A stretch of DNA of 64,000 nt from Octopus sinensis. Taxonomy: Eukaryota. The position numbers and the translations under genes were made by a program. The DNA lies in the NCBI RefSeq assembly GCF_006345805.1, contig NC_042997.1, positions 210,924,001-210,988,000 on the forward strand. Reading direction: 5' to 3'. The notes below the pieces were generated by a model. That model searched no databases. It saw nothing but the letters and a program-made list of their open reading frames with translations, and was not told the origin of the DNA. How positions within the stretch are numbered: position 1 is the first letter of the stretch; each line of letters starts with the position of its first letter. Below, in pieces: positions 50,361 through 62,022 of the stretch.

Positions 50361-51180
50361 ATCATCATCATCATTTAGCATCCGTTTCCTATACAGTTTG
50401 ATTGGAACTGGTAAGCTGGAGAGCTGTACCAGTCTCCTGACTAGTTTGGTTTGGCTTGGTTTCCTACGGCTGGATGCCCTTCCTAATGCCAACCACTCCA
50501 AGAGTCACCAACACTGTCCAAGACTACGATTCCACTTGGTTTGATGAGTCTTCTCAAGCACAGCAAATCGCCAAAGATTTCAATCACTTGTCATCGCCTC
50601 TGTGGAACCCAACATCCAAAGATCATGCTTCATCACTTCGTGCCATGTCTTCCTGGGTCTACCTCTTCCACAAGTTCCCTCCACAGTTAGGGATTGGCAC
50701 TTCTTTACACAGCTGTCCTCCATGCACATCACATGACCAATGCAGTCTTCTCTCTTGTACACCACATCTCAGGCCTCCTACATCCAATTTCTCTCTCAAG
50801 ACACTTAAACTCTGTCATGCATGCACACTGGCATTGCACATCCAGTGAAGCATACCAGCTTCATTTCTTTCAAGCCTTCTCATGTCCTCCGCAGTCACAG
50901 CCCATGTTTCACTGCCATGTTACATGGCTGTTCACAAACAGGTATCATACAACCTGCCCTTCACTCTGAGAGGGAGGCCCTTTGTTACAAACAAAGGTGG
51001 AAGTTCTCTGAACTTAGCCCAGCCTATTCTTATTCTAACAGCTATACTCTCAGAACTGCAGACTTGGTCACCTAGGTAACAGAAGCTATCAATTATTTCT
51101 AAGTATCCCCGCTGACATTTTCTCATGTCTATTTTCTGTATATTTCTTGTGTTAATTGCCCCTGTGCATCTTCCACACAC
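50361..51180 (-). mobile_element. 5'-truncated RTE-clade LINE
   Basis: Motifs EIIDSFCYLGDQV, RIRIGWAKFREL..KGRLY and LTVEGTCGRGRPRKTW..KHDL. The 3' end has GGTTGGCATTAGGAAGGGCATCC and a (GAT)n tail. Confidence 0.85.
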
Positions 51181-51408
51181 AAAGAATATTTTCCCAGTTA
51201 ACCTTCCTCTGATACCTCGGCCCCTCTTATGTGTCCATAGCTTAGACTGGGTACATCTTATGGAGTTTCTACCGACACCTTTTCTACAGGTCGAGCAGGG
51301 CCACCTACATGAAGGGATTTCTGCATAACGAATCTATAGTTAAGTGCCAAGACTTTCTCAAAACTGTATAATGGGAAGAAAGATTATCCAAAATATGCCA
51401 TTGGCGAT

Positions 51409-51620
51409 TGCAACGCTTAACTGTATTTTTCATGCAGGAAGCATCCCTGAGAAAACTTTCCATGGGATTGGTTGGTGGATGACAGAATCGTTAGGGTCTC
51501 AGACAAAATACCTTTGCAACACTTAACTGTGTTTTTCATGCAGGAAGCATCCCTGAGAAAACTTTCCATGGCATTGGTTGGTGGATGACAGAATCGTTAG
51601 GGTCTCAGACAAAATACCTT
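51409..51620. repeat. Tandem duplication of a 106-bp unit
   Basis: 51409-51514 and 51515-51620 are nearly identical (a few substitutions). Confidence 0.9.
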
Positions 51621-51849
51621 GTGGTATTCCTTCTGGCTCTCAGTTGAAAACAAACCCTCCAAGACCAACATTTCCTTTCTTCCTTTCAATGTTGATAAAA
51701 TACGGGACCAGCAAATTGGTCCCACTTGCTCTCAGCTCACACTCTCCCTAAATTTCAGGCTTTCTACTTCAATTAGAAACATTTAATTTCATCATCACCA
51801 TCATCATTATTATTGATTTGACTCAGTTTCGTCCTTATTCCTTGTAGAA

Positions 51850-52045
51850 TTTATGTGGGTAGCAGGTAACCTTGGGTGTCCACTAGCTTACAATAGTCTT
51901 TCCCATGCTTAAGACCCTCCTGGTAATCTTTCCTGTCCCTTAGAAGCAAACTCTCTGCAGGAGCTCTACCAAGCATTCTATTTCAATCTCCTCCAACCAT
52001 TTCTCTATATCTTTGCTTACATTTCCCATCACACCAATTATTATT
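51850..52045 (-). mobile_element. R4/Dong-type LINE 3' end fragment (same subfamily as 35640-35900)
   Basis: IIGVMGNVSKDIEKWLEEIEIECLVELLQRVC matches VLGTVSQDIGKWLEEIGIEWLVELQQKVC; the 5' truncation lies at a TAA run. Confidence 0.72.
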
Positions 52046-52050
52046 ATTAA

Positions 52051-55000
52051 TACCTGTGCCGGTGGCACATAAAAAGCACCATCCGAACGTGGCCGTTGCC
52101 AACGCCGCCCCGACTGGCTTCTGTGCCGGTGGCACATAAAAAGCACCATCCGAACGTGGCCGATGCCAGCCCCGCCTCGACTGGTTTCTGTGCCGGTGGT
52201 ACATAAAAAGCACCATCCGAACGTGGTCATTGCCAGCGCCGCCTCAACTGGCTTCTGTGCCAGTGGCACATAAAAAGCACCATCCGAACATGGCCGATGC
52301 CAGCGCCGCCTCGACTAGCTTCTGTGCCGGTGGCACATAAAAAGCACCATCCGAACGTGGTCATTGCCAGCGTCGCCTCGACTGGCTTCTGTGCCAGTGG
52401 CACATAAAAAGCACCATCCAAACGTGGCCGTTGCCAGCGCCGCCTCAACTGGCTTCTGTGCCGGTGGCACATAAAAAGCACCATCCGAACGAGGTCATTG
52501 CCAGTGTCGCCTCAACTGGCCTCTGTGCCAGTGGCACATAAAAAGCACCATCCAAACGTGGCTGTTGCCAGCGCCGCCTCGACTGGCTTCTGTGCCGGTG
52601 GCACATAAAAAGCACCATCCGAACGTGGCCGATGCCAGCGCCGCCTCGACTGGCTTCCGTGCCGGTGGCACATAAAAAGCACATCCGAACGTGGCCGATG
52701 CCAGCCCCGCCTCGACTGGTTTCTGTGCCGGTGGCACATAAAAAGCACCATCCGAACGTGGCCGATGCCAGCGCCGCCTTGACTGGCTTCTGTGCCGGTG
52801 GCACATAAAAAGCACCATCCGAACGTGGTCATTGCCAGCGCCGCCTCAACTGGCTTCTGTGCCAGTGGCACATAAAAAGCACCATCCGAACGTGGCCGAT
52901 GCCAGCCCCGCCTCGACTGGTTTCTGTGCCGGTGGCACATAAAAAGCACCATCCGAACATGGCCGATGCCAGTGCCGCCTCGACTGGCTTCTGTGCCGGT
53001 GGCACATAAAAAGCACCATCCGAACGTGGTCATTGCCAGCATCGCCTCAACTGGCTTCTGTGCCAGTGGCACATAAAAAAGCACCATCCGAACGTGGCCG
53101 ATTGCCAGCGCCGCCTCGACTGGCTTCTGTGCCGGTGGCACATAAAAAGCACCATCCGAACGTGGTCATTGCCAGCGTCGCCTCAACTGGCTTCTGTGCC
53201 AGTGGCACATAAAAAGCACCATCCGAACGTGGCCGATGCCAGCGCCGCCTCGACTGGCTTCTGTGCCGGTGACACATAAAAAGCACCATCCGAACGTGGC
53301 CGATGCCAGCGCCGCCTCGACTGGCTTCTGTGCCGGTGGCACATAAAAAGCACCATCCGAACGTGGTCATTGCCAGCGTCGCCTCATCTGGCTTCTGTGC
53401 CAGTGGCACATAAAAAGCACCATCCGAACGTGGCCGATGCCAGCGCCGCCTCGACTGGCTTCTGTGCCGGTGACACATAAAAAGCACCATCCGAACGTGG
53501 CCGATGCCAGCGCCGCCTCGACTGGCTTCTGTGCCGGTGACACATAAAAAGCACCATCCAAACGTGGCCGTTGCCAGCGCCGCCTCAACTGGCTTCTGTG
53601 CCGGTGGCACATAAAAAGCACCATCCGAACGAGGTCATTGCCAGTGTCGCCTCAACTGGCCTCTGTGCCAGTGGCACATAAAAAGCACCATCCAAACGTG
53701 GCTGTTGCCAGCGCCGCCTCGACTGGCTTCTGTGCCGGTGGCACATAAAAAGCACCATCCGAACGTGGCCGTTGCCAGCGCCGCCTCGACTGGCTTCCGT
53801 GCCGGTGGCACATAAAAAGCACCATCCGAACGTGGCCGATGCCAGCCCCGCCTCGACTGGTTTCTGTGCCGGTGGCACATAAAAAGCACCATCCGAACGT
53901 GGCCGATGCCAGCGCCGCCTTGACTGGCTTCTGTGCCGGTGGCACATAAAAAGCACCATCCGAACGTGGTCATTGCCAGCGCCGCCTCAACTGGCTTCTG
54001 TGCCAGTGGCACATAAAAAGCACCATCCGAACGTGGCCGATGCCAGCCCCGCCTCGACTGGTTTCTGTGCCGGTGGCACATAAAAAGCACCATCCGAACA
54101 TGGCCGATGCCAGCGCCGCCTCGACTGGCTTCTGTGCCGGTGGCACATAAAAAGCACCATCCGAACGTGGTCATTGCCAGCATCGCCTCAACTGGCTTCT
54201 GTGCCAGTGGCACATAAAAAGCACCATCCGAACGTGGCCGATGCCAGCGCCGCCTCGACTGGCTTCTGTGCCGGTGGCACATAAAAAGCACCATCCGAAC
54301 GTGGTCATTGCCAGCGTCGCCTCAACTGGCTTCTGTGCCAGTGGCACATAAAAAGCACCATCCGAACGTGGCCGATGCCAGCGCCGCCTCGACTGGCTTC
54401 TGTGCCGGTGACACATAAAAAAGCACATCCGAACGTGGCCGATGCCAGCGCCGCCTCGACTGGCTTCTGTGCCGGTGGCACATAAAAAGCACCATCCGAA
54501 CGTGGTCATTGCCAGCGTCGCCTCAACTGGCTTCTGTGCCAGTGGCACATAAAAAAGCACATCCGAACGTGGCCGATGCCAGCGCCGCCTCGACTGGCTT
54601 CTGTGCCGGTGGTACATAAAAAGCAACATCCGAACGTGGTCATTGCCAGCGTCGCCTCAACTGGCTTCTGTGCCAGTGGCACATAAAAAGCACCATCCGA
54701 ACGTGGCCGATGCCAGCGCCGCCTCGACTGGCTTCTGTGCCGGTGACACATAAAAAGCACCATCCGAACGTGGTCATTGCCAGCGTCGCCTCAACTGGCT
54801 TCTGTGCCAGTGGCACATAAAAAGCACCATCCGAACATGGCCGATGCCAGCGCCGCCTCGACTGGCTTCTGTGCCGGTGGCACATAAAAAGCACCATCCG
54901 AACGTGGCCGATGCCAGAGCCGCCTCGACTGGCTTCTGTGCCGGTGGCACGTTAAAAGCACCAACCGATCGTGGCCGATGCCGGACCCCCCCCTGGCACC

Positions 55001-55183
55001 TGTGCAGGTGGCATGTAAAAAGCACCCACTACACTCGTGGAGTGGTTGGCGTTAGGAAGGGCATCCAGCCGTAGAAACACTGCCAGATCAGACTGGGCCT
55101 GGTGCAGCCCCTGGCTTCTCAGACCCCGGTCGAACTGTCCAACCCGTACTAGCGCGGAAAAAAGGGACGTTAAACGATGATGA
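52051..55183 (+). mobile_element. VNTR-type retroposon: about 43 tandem 67-bp units followed by an RTE-like 3' tail
   Basis: The unit TGTGCCGGTGGCACATAAAAAGCACCATCCGAACGTGGCCGATGCCAGCGCCGCCTCGACTGGCTTC spans about 52054-54965. The tail at 55020-55183 ends AAACGATGATGA. Confidence 0.92.
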
Positions 55184-55189
55184 CAACCA

Positions 55190-55400
55190 TTACACTTTTC
55201 ATATTCCAAACTCTTGCAGTTTCAAATTTTAAGGGATTGTATTTCTTGTTTGTTTTTCGTCCTCTTTCTTTACAATCCTGGAATCAAATGGACATAATGG
55301 ATCAATTACTACGCAGCTTTGCTTTTCTTTGTCCATTATTGTTATGTCTGTTATCTGAAGCGCCAACGATTCTGCTTGCTTGCCGCCTTCATATTGATGA
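55190..55400 (-). mobile_element. RLE-domain fragment of an R4-type LINE
   Basis: DITIMDKEKQSCVVIDPLCPFDSRIVKKEDEK resembles the RPD..ID..P.D...KE.EK motif. Confidence 0.55.
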
Positions 55401-55747
55401 GGATGGTGATTGTGATGGTGGTGGTGGTGGTGGTGGTGATGGTGACATGACTGTGTGAGAGTGTAAGGGTGAGTGCGGTAATTATGTGGTTGTGATTTCA
55501 ATCTCACAGCGCAGCACAGTGGACAAATGGCTTCGAACTGAGTGGAGTGCGGCTAATGTTGCATTGTGGCCATGATCCATCACCCTGTTTAACACGCCCC
55601 GCCACAAAAGTCTGTGATGGGAGGCTAATTCGATACCCTACACTCAGCACCCTAAACCCAATGACCGGGGTTTCATCTGCCCCCACCCACCTACCCCAGT
55701 TCCTTTAGGAACCATTTAGCTGGCACCATTCTTCCTGGTCTGGATAT

Positions 55748-56686
55748 CATCATCATCATCATCATCATTTAGCGTCCGCTTTCCATGCTAGCATGGGTTG
55801 GACGGTTCGACCGGGGTCTGGGAAGCCAGGGCTGCACCAGGCTCCAGTCTGATCTGGCAGTGTTTCTATGGCTGGATGCCCTTCCTAACGTCAACCACTC
55901 CGCGAGTGTAGTGGGTGCTTTTTACGTGCCACCCGCAGTGGGAGCTGTCAAACGGCCACGAACGGATGGTGCTTTTACGTGCCACCGGTACGGAGGCCAG
56001 TCGGGGCGGCGCTGGCAACGGACACGGTCGGGTGGTGCTTTTTACATGCCACCAGCACGAGGACCAGGCGAGACTGGCAACGGACATGAACGGATGGTGC
56101 TTTTACGTGCCACCGGCACGCGGGCCAGGCGAGGCTGGCAACGGACATGAACGGATGGTGTTTTTACGTGCCACCGGCACGGGGGCCAGGCGAGGCTGGC
56201 AACGGACATGAACGGATGGTGCTTTTACGTGCCAGGCGAGGCTGGCAACGGACATGAACGGATGGTGTTTTTACGTGCCACCGGCACGGGGGCCAGGCGA
56301 GGCTGGCAACGGACATGAACGGATGGTGCTTTGACGTGCCACCGGCACGCGGGCCAGGCGAGGCTGGCAACAGACATGAACGGATGGTGCTTTTACGTGC
56401 CACCGGCACGGGGGCCAGGCGAGGCTGGCAACGGACATGAACGGATGGTGCTTTTACGTGCCACCGGCACGGGGGCCAGGCGAGGCTGGCAACGGACATG
56501 AACGGATAGTGTTTTTACGTGCCACCGGCACGGGGGCCAGGCGAGGCTGTCAACGGACATGAACGGATGGTGCTTTTACGTGCCACCGGCACGCGGGCCA
56601 GGCGAGGCTGGCAACGGACATGAACGGCTGGTGCTTTTACGTGCCACCAGCACGGAGGCCAGTCGGGGCGGTGCTGGCAATGACCA
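55748..56686 (-). mobile_element. VNTR-type retroposon, opposite strand, about 12 units (mainly 61 bp)
   Basis: (CAT)n plus the reverse complement of the tail at 55748-55920. The unit is GGCGAGGCTGGCAACGGACATGAACGGATGGTGCTTTTACGTGCCACCGGCACGGGGGCCA. Confidence 0.9.
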
Positions 56687-57217
56687 AATAATCTATAAAG
56701 ACAATCAGCTCGAAATCATCATCGTCATTTTCATCTTCATTGTCATTGCCATCATCCCCATCTTCGTCACCACCACCAACAACACCAACAGCCCTCCACT
56801 CGTCAAGATTAGGGTCGATATGAGCCAAGGCCTTCAGGCCCTTCTCTCTAGACAGACAGACAGACAGAACACTTTTTTCTTTAGCCCTAGGACTCGTAAG
56901 GCTTGTTACCCAATTCCCATGGCTTATAAATGACTGAGATTGCAGACCATTGCAGGATTCAAGTCCAACAATTTTGAGGGGAGGGGCACAGGTCAATCAC
57001 ACTGGCACTATTACTCGAACGGTACTTCGTTGACCCCGAACGGATAAAAGATGAAGTCGACCTTGGTGTGACTTGAACTCAGAACATTAGGAATTGGAAG
57101 GAATATCTCGTGGTTTTCTGTGCAACGAGATGACGAGTCTGCCAAACCCGCCCCCTTTTATGGTTTATATAAAACAGCGGCAAGATGGCGGACTCATAGG
57201 ATAGGGTAAAAATCTCT

Positions 57218-57462
57218 CATGCGTGCCCGTGTGTGTATGTGTATGTGTGTGCGTGCGTGTGTGTGTGTGTGCATGTATGTGCGTGTGTGTGTGCATGTAT
57301 GTGCGTGTGTGTGTGTGTGTGCATGTATGTGCGTGTGTGTGCATGTATGTGCGTGTGTGTATGTGTGTGTGTGAATGTGTATGCATGTAAGTGCGTGCGT
57401 GTGTATATGTGTGTGCGTGCGTGTGTATGTGTGTGCGTGCGTGTGTGTTTGTGTGTGTGTGC
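57218..57462. repeat. Imperfect (TG)n/(TGCG)n microsatellite
   Basis: Direct inspection. Confidence 0.92.
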
Positions 57463-57703
57463 CTGATATTAGATCAGATGTGTCCACTTGCTCAAGTCTA
57501 ATGTCATGTCTTATATCTTATCGTCTGCATCATTTCACACGGATCCCAAACGAATCCCATTTCCTCAGCTCAGCAGGTCACAAGAAATGGTCCACGAAGA
57601 AGAAAGGAGTCAAAATACTGCTGCTGCTGCTGCTGCTGCTGGCGAAAATGTCCAAAATGGCAGAGTTAGAAGACGAGGAATAGTGTATTGTTCTTAACAT
57701 ACA

Positions 57704-58395
57704 GGCGCAGGCGTGGCTGTGTTGTAAGAAGCTTGCCTCCCAACCACATTGTTCCGGGTTCGGTCCCACTGTGTTGCCACCTTAGGCAAGTGTCTTCTAC
57801 TATAGCCTCGTGTCGACCAAGGCCTTGTGAATGGATTTTGTAGACGGAAATTGAGGAAAGCCCCATGTGTGTCCCGTTGTCTTGGACATCGTGTGATGGC
57901 CCATGAACGAGAATCGCCTTTGTACAATGAATGCTGCCCCTTTCGAGTTTTCTAAGAAAAACACGTCTGGCCATGAGAATATATTTCTATTTCTTTACTG
58001 CCCACAAGGGGCTAAACACAGAGAGGACAAACAAGGACAGACAAACGGATTTAGTCGATTATATCGACCAGAGTGCGTAACGGGTACTTATTTAATCGAC
58101 CCCGAAAGAATGAAAGGCAAAGTCGACCTCGGCGAAATTTGAACTCAGAACGTAGCGGCAGACGAAATACTGCTAAGCATTTCGCCCGGCGTGCTAACAC
58201 TTCTGCCAGCTCGCCGCCTTATTGAATATATGCCATGAGTATAGATTTCGTTCGCAGAAAGAGGCGAGAGTTGGTGACAGGAAGAGCGTCCGGTTGTAGA
58301 GGAATCTGCCTCAACAAATTCCGTATGAGCCATGCGAACATGGAAAAGTGGACATTAAAAAACTATGATGATGCTGATGATGATGATAACAACGA
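57704..58395 (+). mobile_element. SINE with family A head, different body and RTE-like (GAT)n tail, interrupted by SINE B
   Basis: Family A head at 57704-57865. The tail GTTGGTGACAGGAAGAGCGTCC...CATGGAAAAGTGGACATTAAA..GATGATG is at about 58272-58390. Confidence 0.65.
57982..58220 (-). mobile_element. SINE family B
   Basis: Family homology. Confidence 0.88.
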
Positions 58396-58648
58396 CGATG
58401 GTTATGATGATACATAAAACTGGAACTGTGCTCCCTACACTCCACAAGGAAAGTCTTTTGTTACAATTCTTCCTTTTAAACGACAACAAAATGTCAAAAG
58501 TTGGCCAAAAACAGAAACCAATTATTGAATAAAATAAAATGGAGTTTTCTATGTCAAAGTAAAGAACGGTGAAGAATCGCACCAAGCAGACGACAATGGT
58601 TCGCTGCCAATACAGTGGAAGATTTCACTAAATGAACCAATATATTTT

Positions 58649-58868
58649 GGATCTTTTCTTTTTGAAGGCCAGATTTTCCTAGTTAACTAAAAAATTTGAA
58701 ACTTCGTATACTGGTAGAATGTGTCAAAAGAAAACATTATTGTAAACAAAATTGAAAACAAAATTGTAATTTGTAACTTAAACGTAGTTTAATTTTTACG
58801 AATATTAACCAATGAAATCCCAACATTGCTGCGTTATCGATATTGATAAAGAAATATAGCAGACGCAC

Positions 58869-58908
<40 letters not shown>

Positions 58909-59617
58909 CACAAGCACATAGTAATTAATATATAAGCGTACACACACATACGCACACAAGCACATAGTAATTAATATATAAGCGTACACACACATACGCA
59001 CACAAGCAAAATTACACGTTGTGTTTTGCCACTTGCCGCAACAAATTTGCACATGGGGTCAATGTTTCATCGTTTCGGGGTCGATAAATTAAGTACCAAT
59101 TACGCACTGGTGTCGAGGATTTTTTTCCCAATTTATATCACAGCTTCCGACAAGCTGGGGGTATTCTTTTATGAAAAAATATTTCGCAAATTTTTACAAT
59201 ACGACTCACACTCCACGTGCAAACTCGAGACCGATTTAGGCATATTATTGTTTTGTTTTTGTTGTTTCTGGCCCTTCAAAACCATGGGAGAAGCCTTTTC
59301 GGTAAAAAAAAATTAAGAAAATATTCAAAAAATATCGTTAATATTTTTATTGGGCGACGAAATTAATCGATTTAAGAGATATAGCTGTTATTTCTAGCAC
59401 ATGTAGAAGAGAGAAGAAGAGGTAAATAATTTGTGCTCGAATGCTGCGATTTCATTGGTTAAAATTCTTAAAATTAAACTACGTTTGAGTTACGAATTAC
59501 AATTTTGTTTTCAATTTTGTTTACAATAATGTTTTCTTTTGACACATTCTACCAGTATACGAAGTTTCAAATTTTTTAGTTAACTAGGAAAATCTGGCCT
59601 TCAAAAAGAAAAGATTT
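58649..59617. mobile_element. Non-autonomous DNA transposon with about 170-bp terminal inverted repeats
   Basis: 58649-58825 is the reverse complement of about 59443-59617. It begins GGATCTTTTC like the MITE at 62023. No clear TSD. Confidence 0.75.
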
Positions 59618-60029
59618 TAGCTGAGCAACCCAATAAGAAATGGCAGATCGAATAAAAGAGGAAATGGTAAAATAGAATAAAAGATAAATACTAGATTTTA
59701 TGGAGAAGTTTGGGGTTTCTCTTATCCATCGTAAACCGGCCTCCGAGATCGACTTTGCCTTTCATCCTTTTGGGATCGATAAAATAAATACCAGTTGAAC
59801 ACTGGGACTAAATTTGAAAGTAATGTTTTACTTAACACAAGTTCGAATCACGTCAGGGTCACCAAATGTAACGGAAATAGTATTCGCTGTAGTTCTGGGC
59901 CACCAATCTGACGGTTAGTTCTTCGCTGCAGTCGAGGGTCACCAATTGTAAACGGTTGTTGTTATTGGTTGGTTGCCATTTGTAGATGAAAGAAGAACAG
60001 AGACCCAAGTTGTATAGAAGTATTTATTT

Positions 60030-60200
60030 ACCTATTTCTTTACTACCCACAAGGGGCTAAACACAGAGAAGACAAACAAGGACAGACAAACGGATTAAGT
60101 TGATTACATCGACCCTAGTGCTTAACTGGTACTTATTTAATCGACCCCGAAAGGATGAAAGGCAATGTCGACCTCGGCGGAATTTGAACTCAGAACGTAC
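60030..60200 (-). mobile_element. SINE family B, 5'-truncated
   Basis: Family homology. Confidence 0.85.
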
Positions 60201-60402
60201 TGTTACTTTAATATATACTATACCACGACGGGTGGGCTAGTGTAATAAAATTCGTAAAGCAAGCAAGGTAAAGAAAGTTAATTTCGGCTTGTATATGTGT
60301 GTACACGACCTCATAATAGTATATATAGAGAGAGATATGGTAATGTGACAGAGAAAAGAAAGTGAGAGTGGTGGGACGAAACAACTGCTTCGTTGGTGAC
60401 TT

Positions 60403-60783
60403 AGGCGCAATGGCCCATTGGTTAGGGCAGCGGACTCGCGGTCATAGGATCGCGGTTTCGATTCCCAGACCGGGCGTTGTGAGTGTTTATTAAGCGAAAA
60501 TACCTAATAGCTCCACGAGGCTCCGGCAGGGGATGGTGGTGATCCCTGCTGTACTCTTTCACCACTCTTTCTCTCACTCTTTCTTCCTGTTTCTGTTGTA
60601 CCTGTATTTCAAAGGGCCGGCCTTGTCACTCTCTGTGTCACGCTGAATATCCCCGAGAACTACGTTAAGGGTACACGTGTCTGTGGAGTGCTCAGCCACT
60701 TACACGTTAATTTCACGAGCAGGCTGTTCCGCTGATCGGATCAACCGGAACCCTCGTCGTCGTAACCGACGGAGTGCTTCCAC
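60403..60783 (+). mobile_element. SINE family C
   Basis: Family homology. Confidence 0.9.
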
Positions 60784-61267
60784 CATAGTCGTCCCTTTGT
60801 GCCTTTTCCTTTAGAGACGAGATTTTGTTCAGCTGGTCAGCCAGACTCGGTTCTCACTAACTTTAGCTTACAGAGTTCTTGTTTTTATAACTATCCAAAA
60901 CCAGCTAGAAGGATAGACATATTGTTGAGAACAACAGATTTCGTTGCTGGTCTGTTGTCTCTGTTCTGGCTTTTGGTGACCTAGAAGAGGTTAGAAGGGT
61001 CAAGTAACAAAGACATTATTCCGCTTAGCGAAGGCATCTGGCAAACGTAACTGCTGTCACTCACAGAAAAACTATCGTTTTACCAAGAGAAAATTGTTGT
61101 TGAACACTGTTAAGTGAAATTTGGCGATCGAGGATCGAATCCAGGCTATGTCTGCATTTAAGCCACTACATACATATACATATCGAGATAGAGAGGGAGA
61201 GAGAAACAACTCGTTTTAAATCTTTCAGCGAGAAATATACAGTAACAGTACCGAATAGTAAAGTTCA

Positions 61268-61640
61268 TGGAAGCACAATGGCCTAGTGGTTAAGGCAGCG
61301 GACTCGCAGTCGTAGGATTGCGGTTTCGATGCCCAGACCGGGCGTTGTGGGTATTTATTGAGCGAAAACACATAAAAAAAAGTTCCACTGGGCTCTGGCA
61401 GGGAATGGCGGTGATCCCTGCTGTACTCTTTCACCACAACTTTCTCTCACTCTTTCTTCCTGTTTCTCTTGTACCTGTATTTCAAAGGGCCTGCCTTGTC
61501 ACGCTGAATCTCCCCGAGAACTACGTTAAGGGTACACATGTCTGTGGAGTGCTCAGCCACTTGCACGTTAATTTCACGAGCGGGCTGTTCCGTTGATCGG
61601 ATCAATTGGAACCCTGGTCGTCGTAACCGACGGAGTGCCA
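61268..61640 (+). mobile_element. SINE family C (more diverged)
   Basis: Family homology. Confidence 0.88.
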
Positions 61641-62022
61641 CGGGTGAGGTTTATTTGCCAACAGAATGTGTCCAACCAATAAAGAAAGGTCAAGCCTGGC
61701 CGAACAACGGTCACGTGGGGAGAGAAGAGAGAGAGGTAGAGACAGAGGGATAGAAGAATTAAGGAGGGGCGAGAGAAAAGAATGAAATACAGTGACGTGA
61801 AAGAGGGGAAGTGAGTATGAAGAGAAGACCAGAAAATGAGAGAGAGAGAGAGTATTTGTGTCACATTTCTCTGTTTTATTTTTCCGTCCTTGTTTTTATG
61901 GGTGACTTATAAGGCCGTCATTTTTGATTCTTGGACTACTTTTCAATCACACTGTTGGATTTGTTTCTTATTAAACATGATTTATTTCGCATCGCAAAGT
62001 TATTGTATATATTTCGACATAT

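Noticed and set aside
52054-56686. CRISPR-like array
   Set aside because: The units are contiguous near-identical repeats with no unique spacers, there are no cas genes, the context is eukaryotic, and the arrays are attached to a retroposon tail.
51940-56933. Many overlapping repetitive ORFs (e.g. MVLFMCHRHRSQ...) as proteins
   Set aside because: They are translations of the 67/61-bp arrays; unit lengths are not multiples of 3 and there is no coherent start, stop or domain.
58909-58998. Direct repeat of about 45 bp inside the long-TIR element
   Set aside because: A simple local slippage next to a (CA)n run; nothing suggests function.
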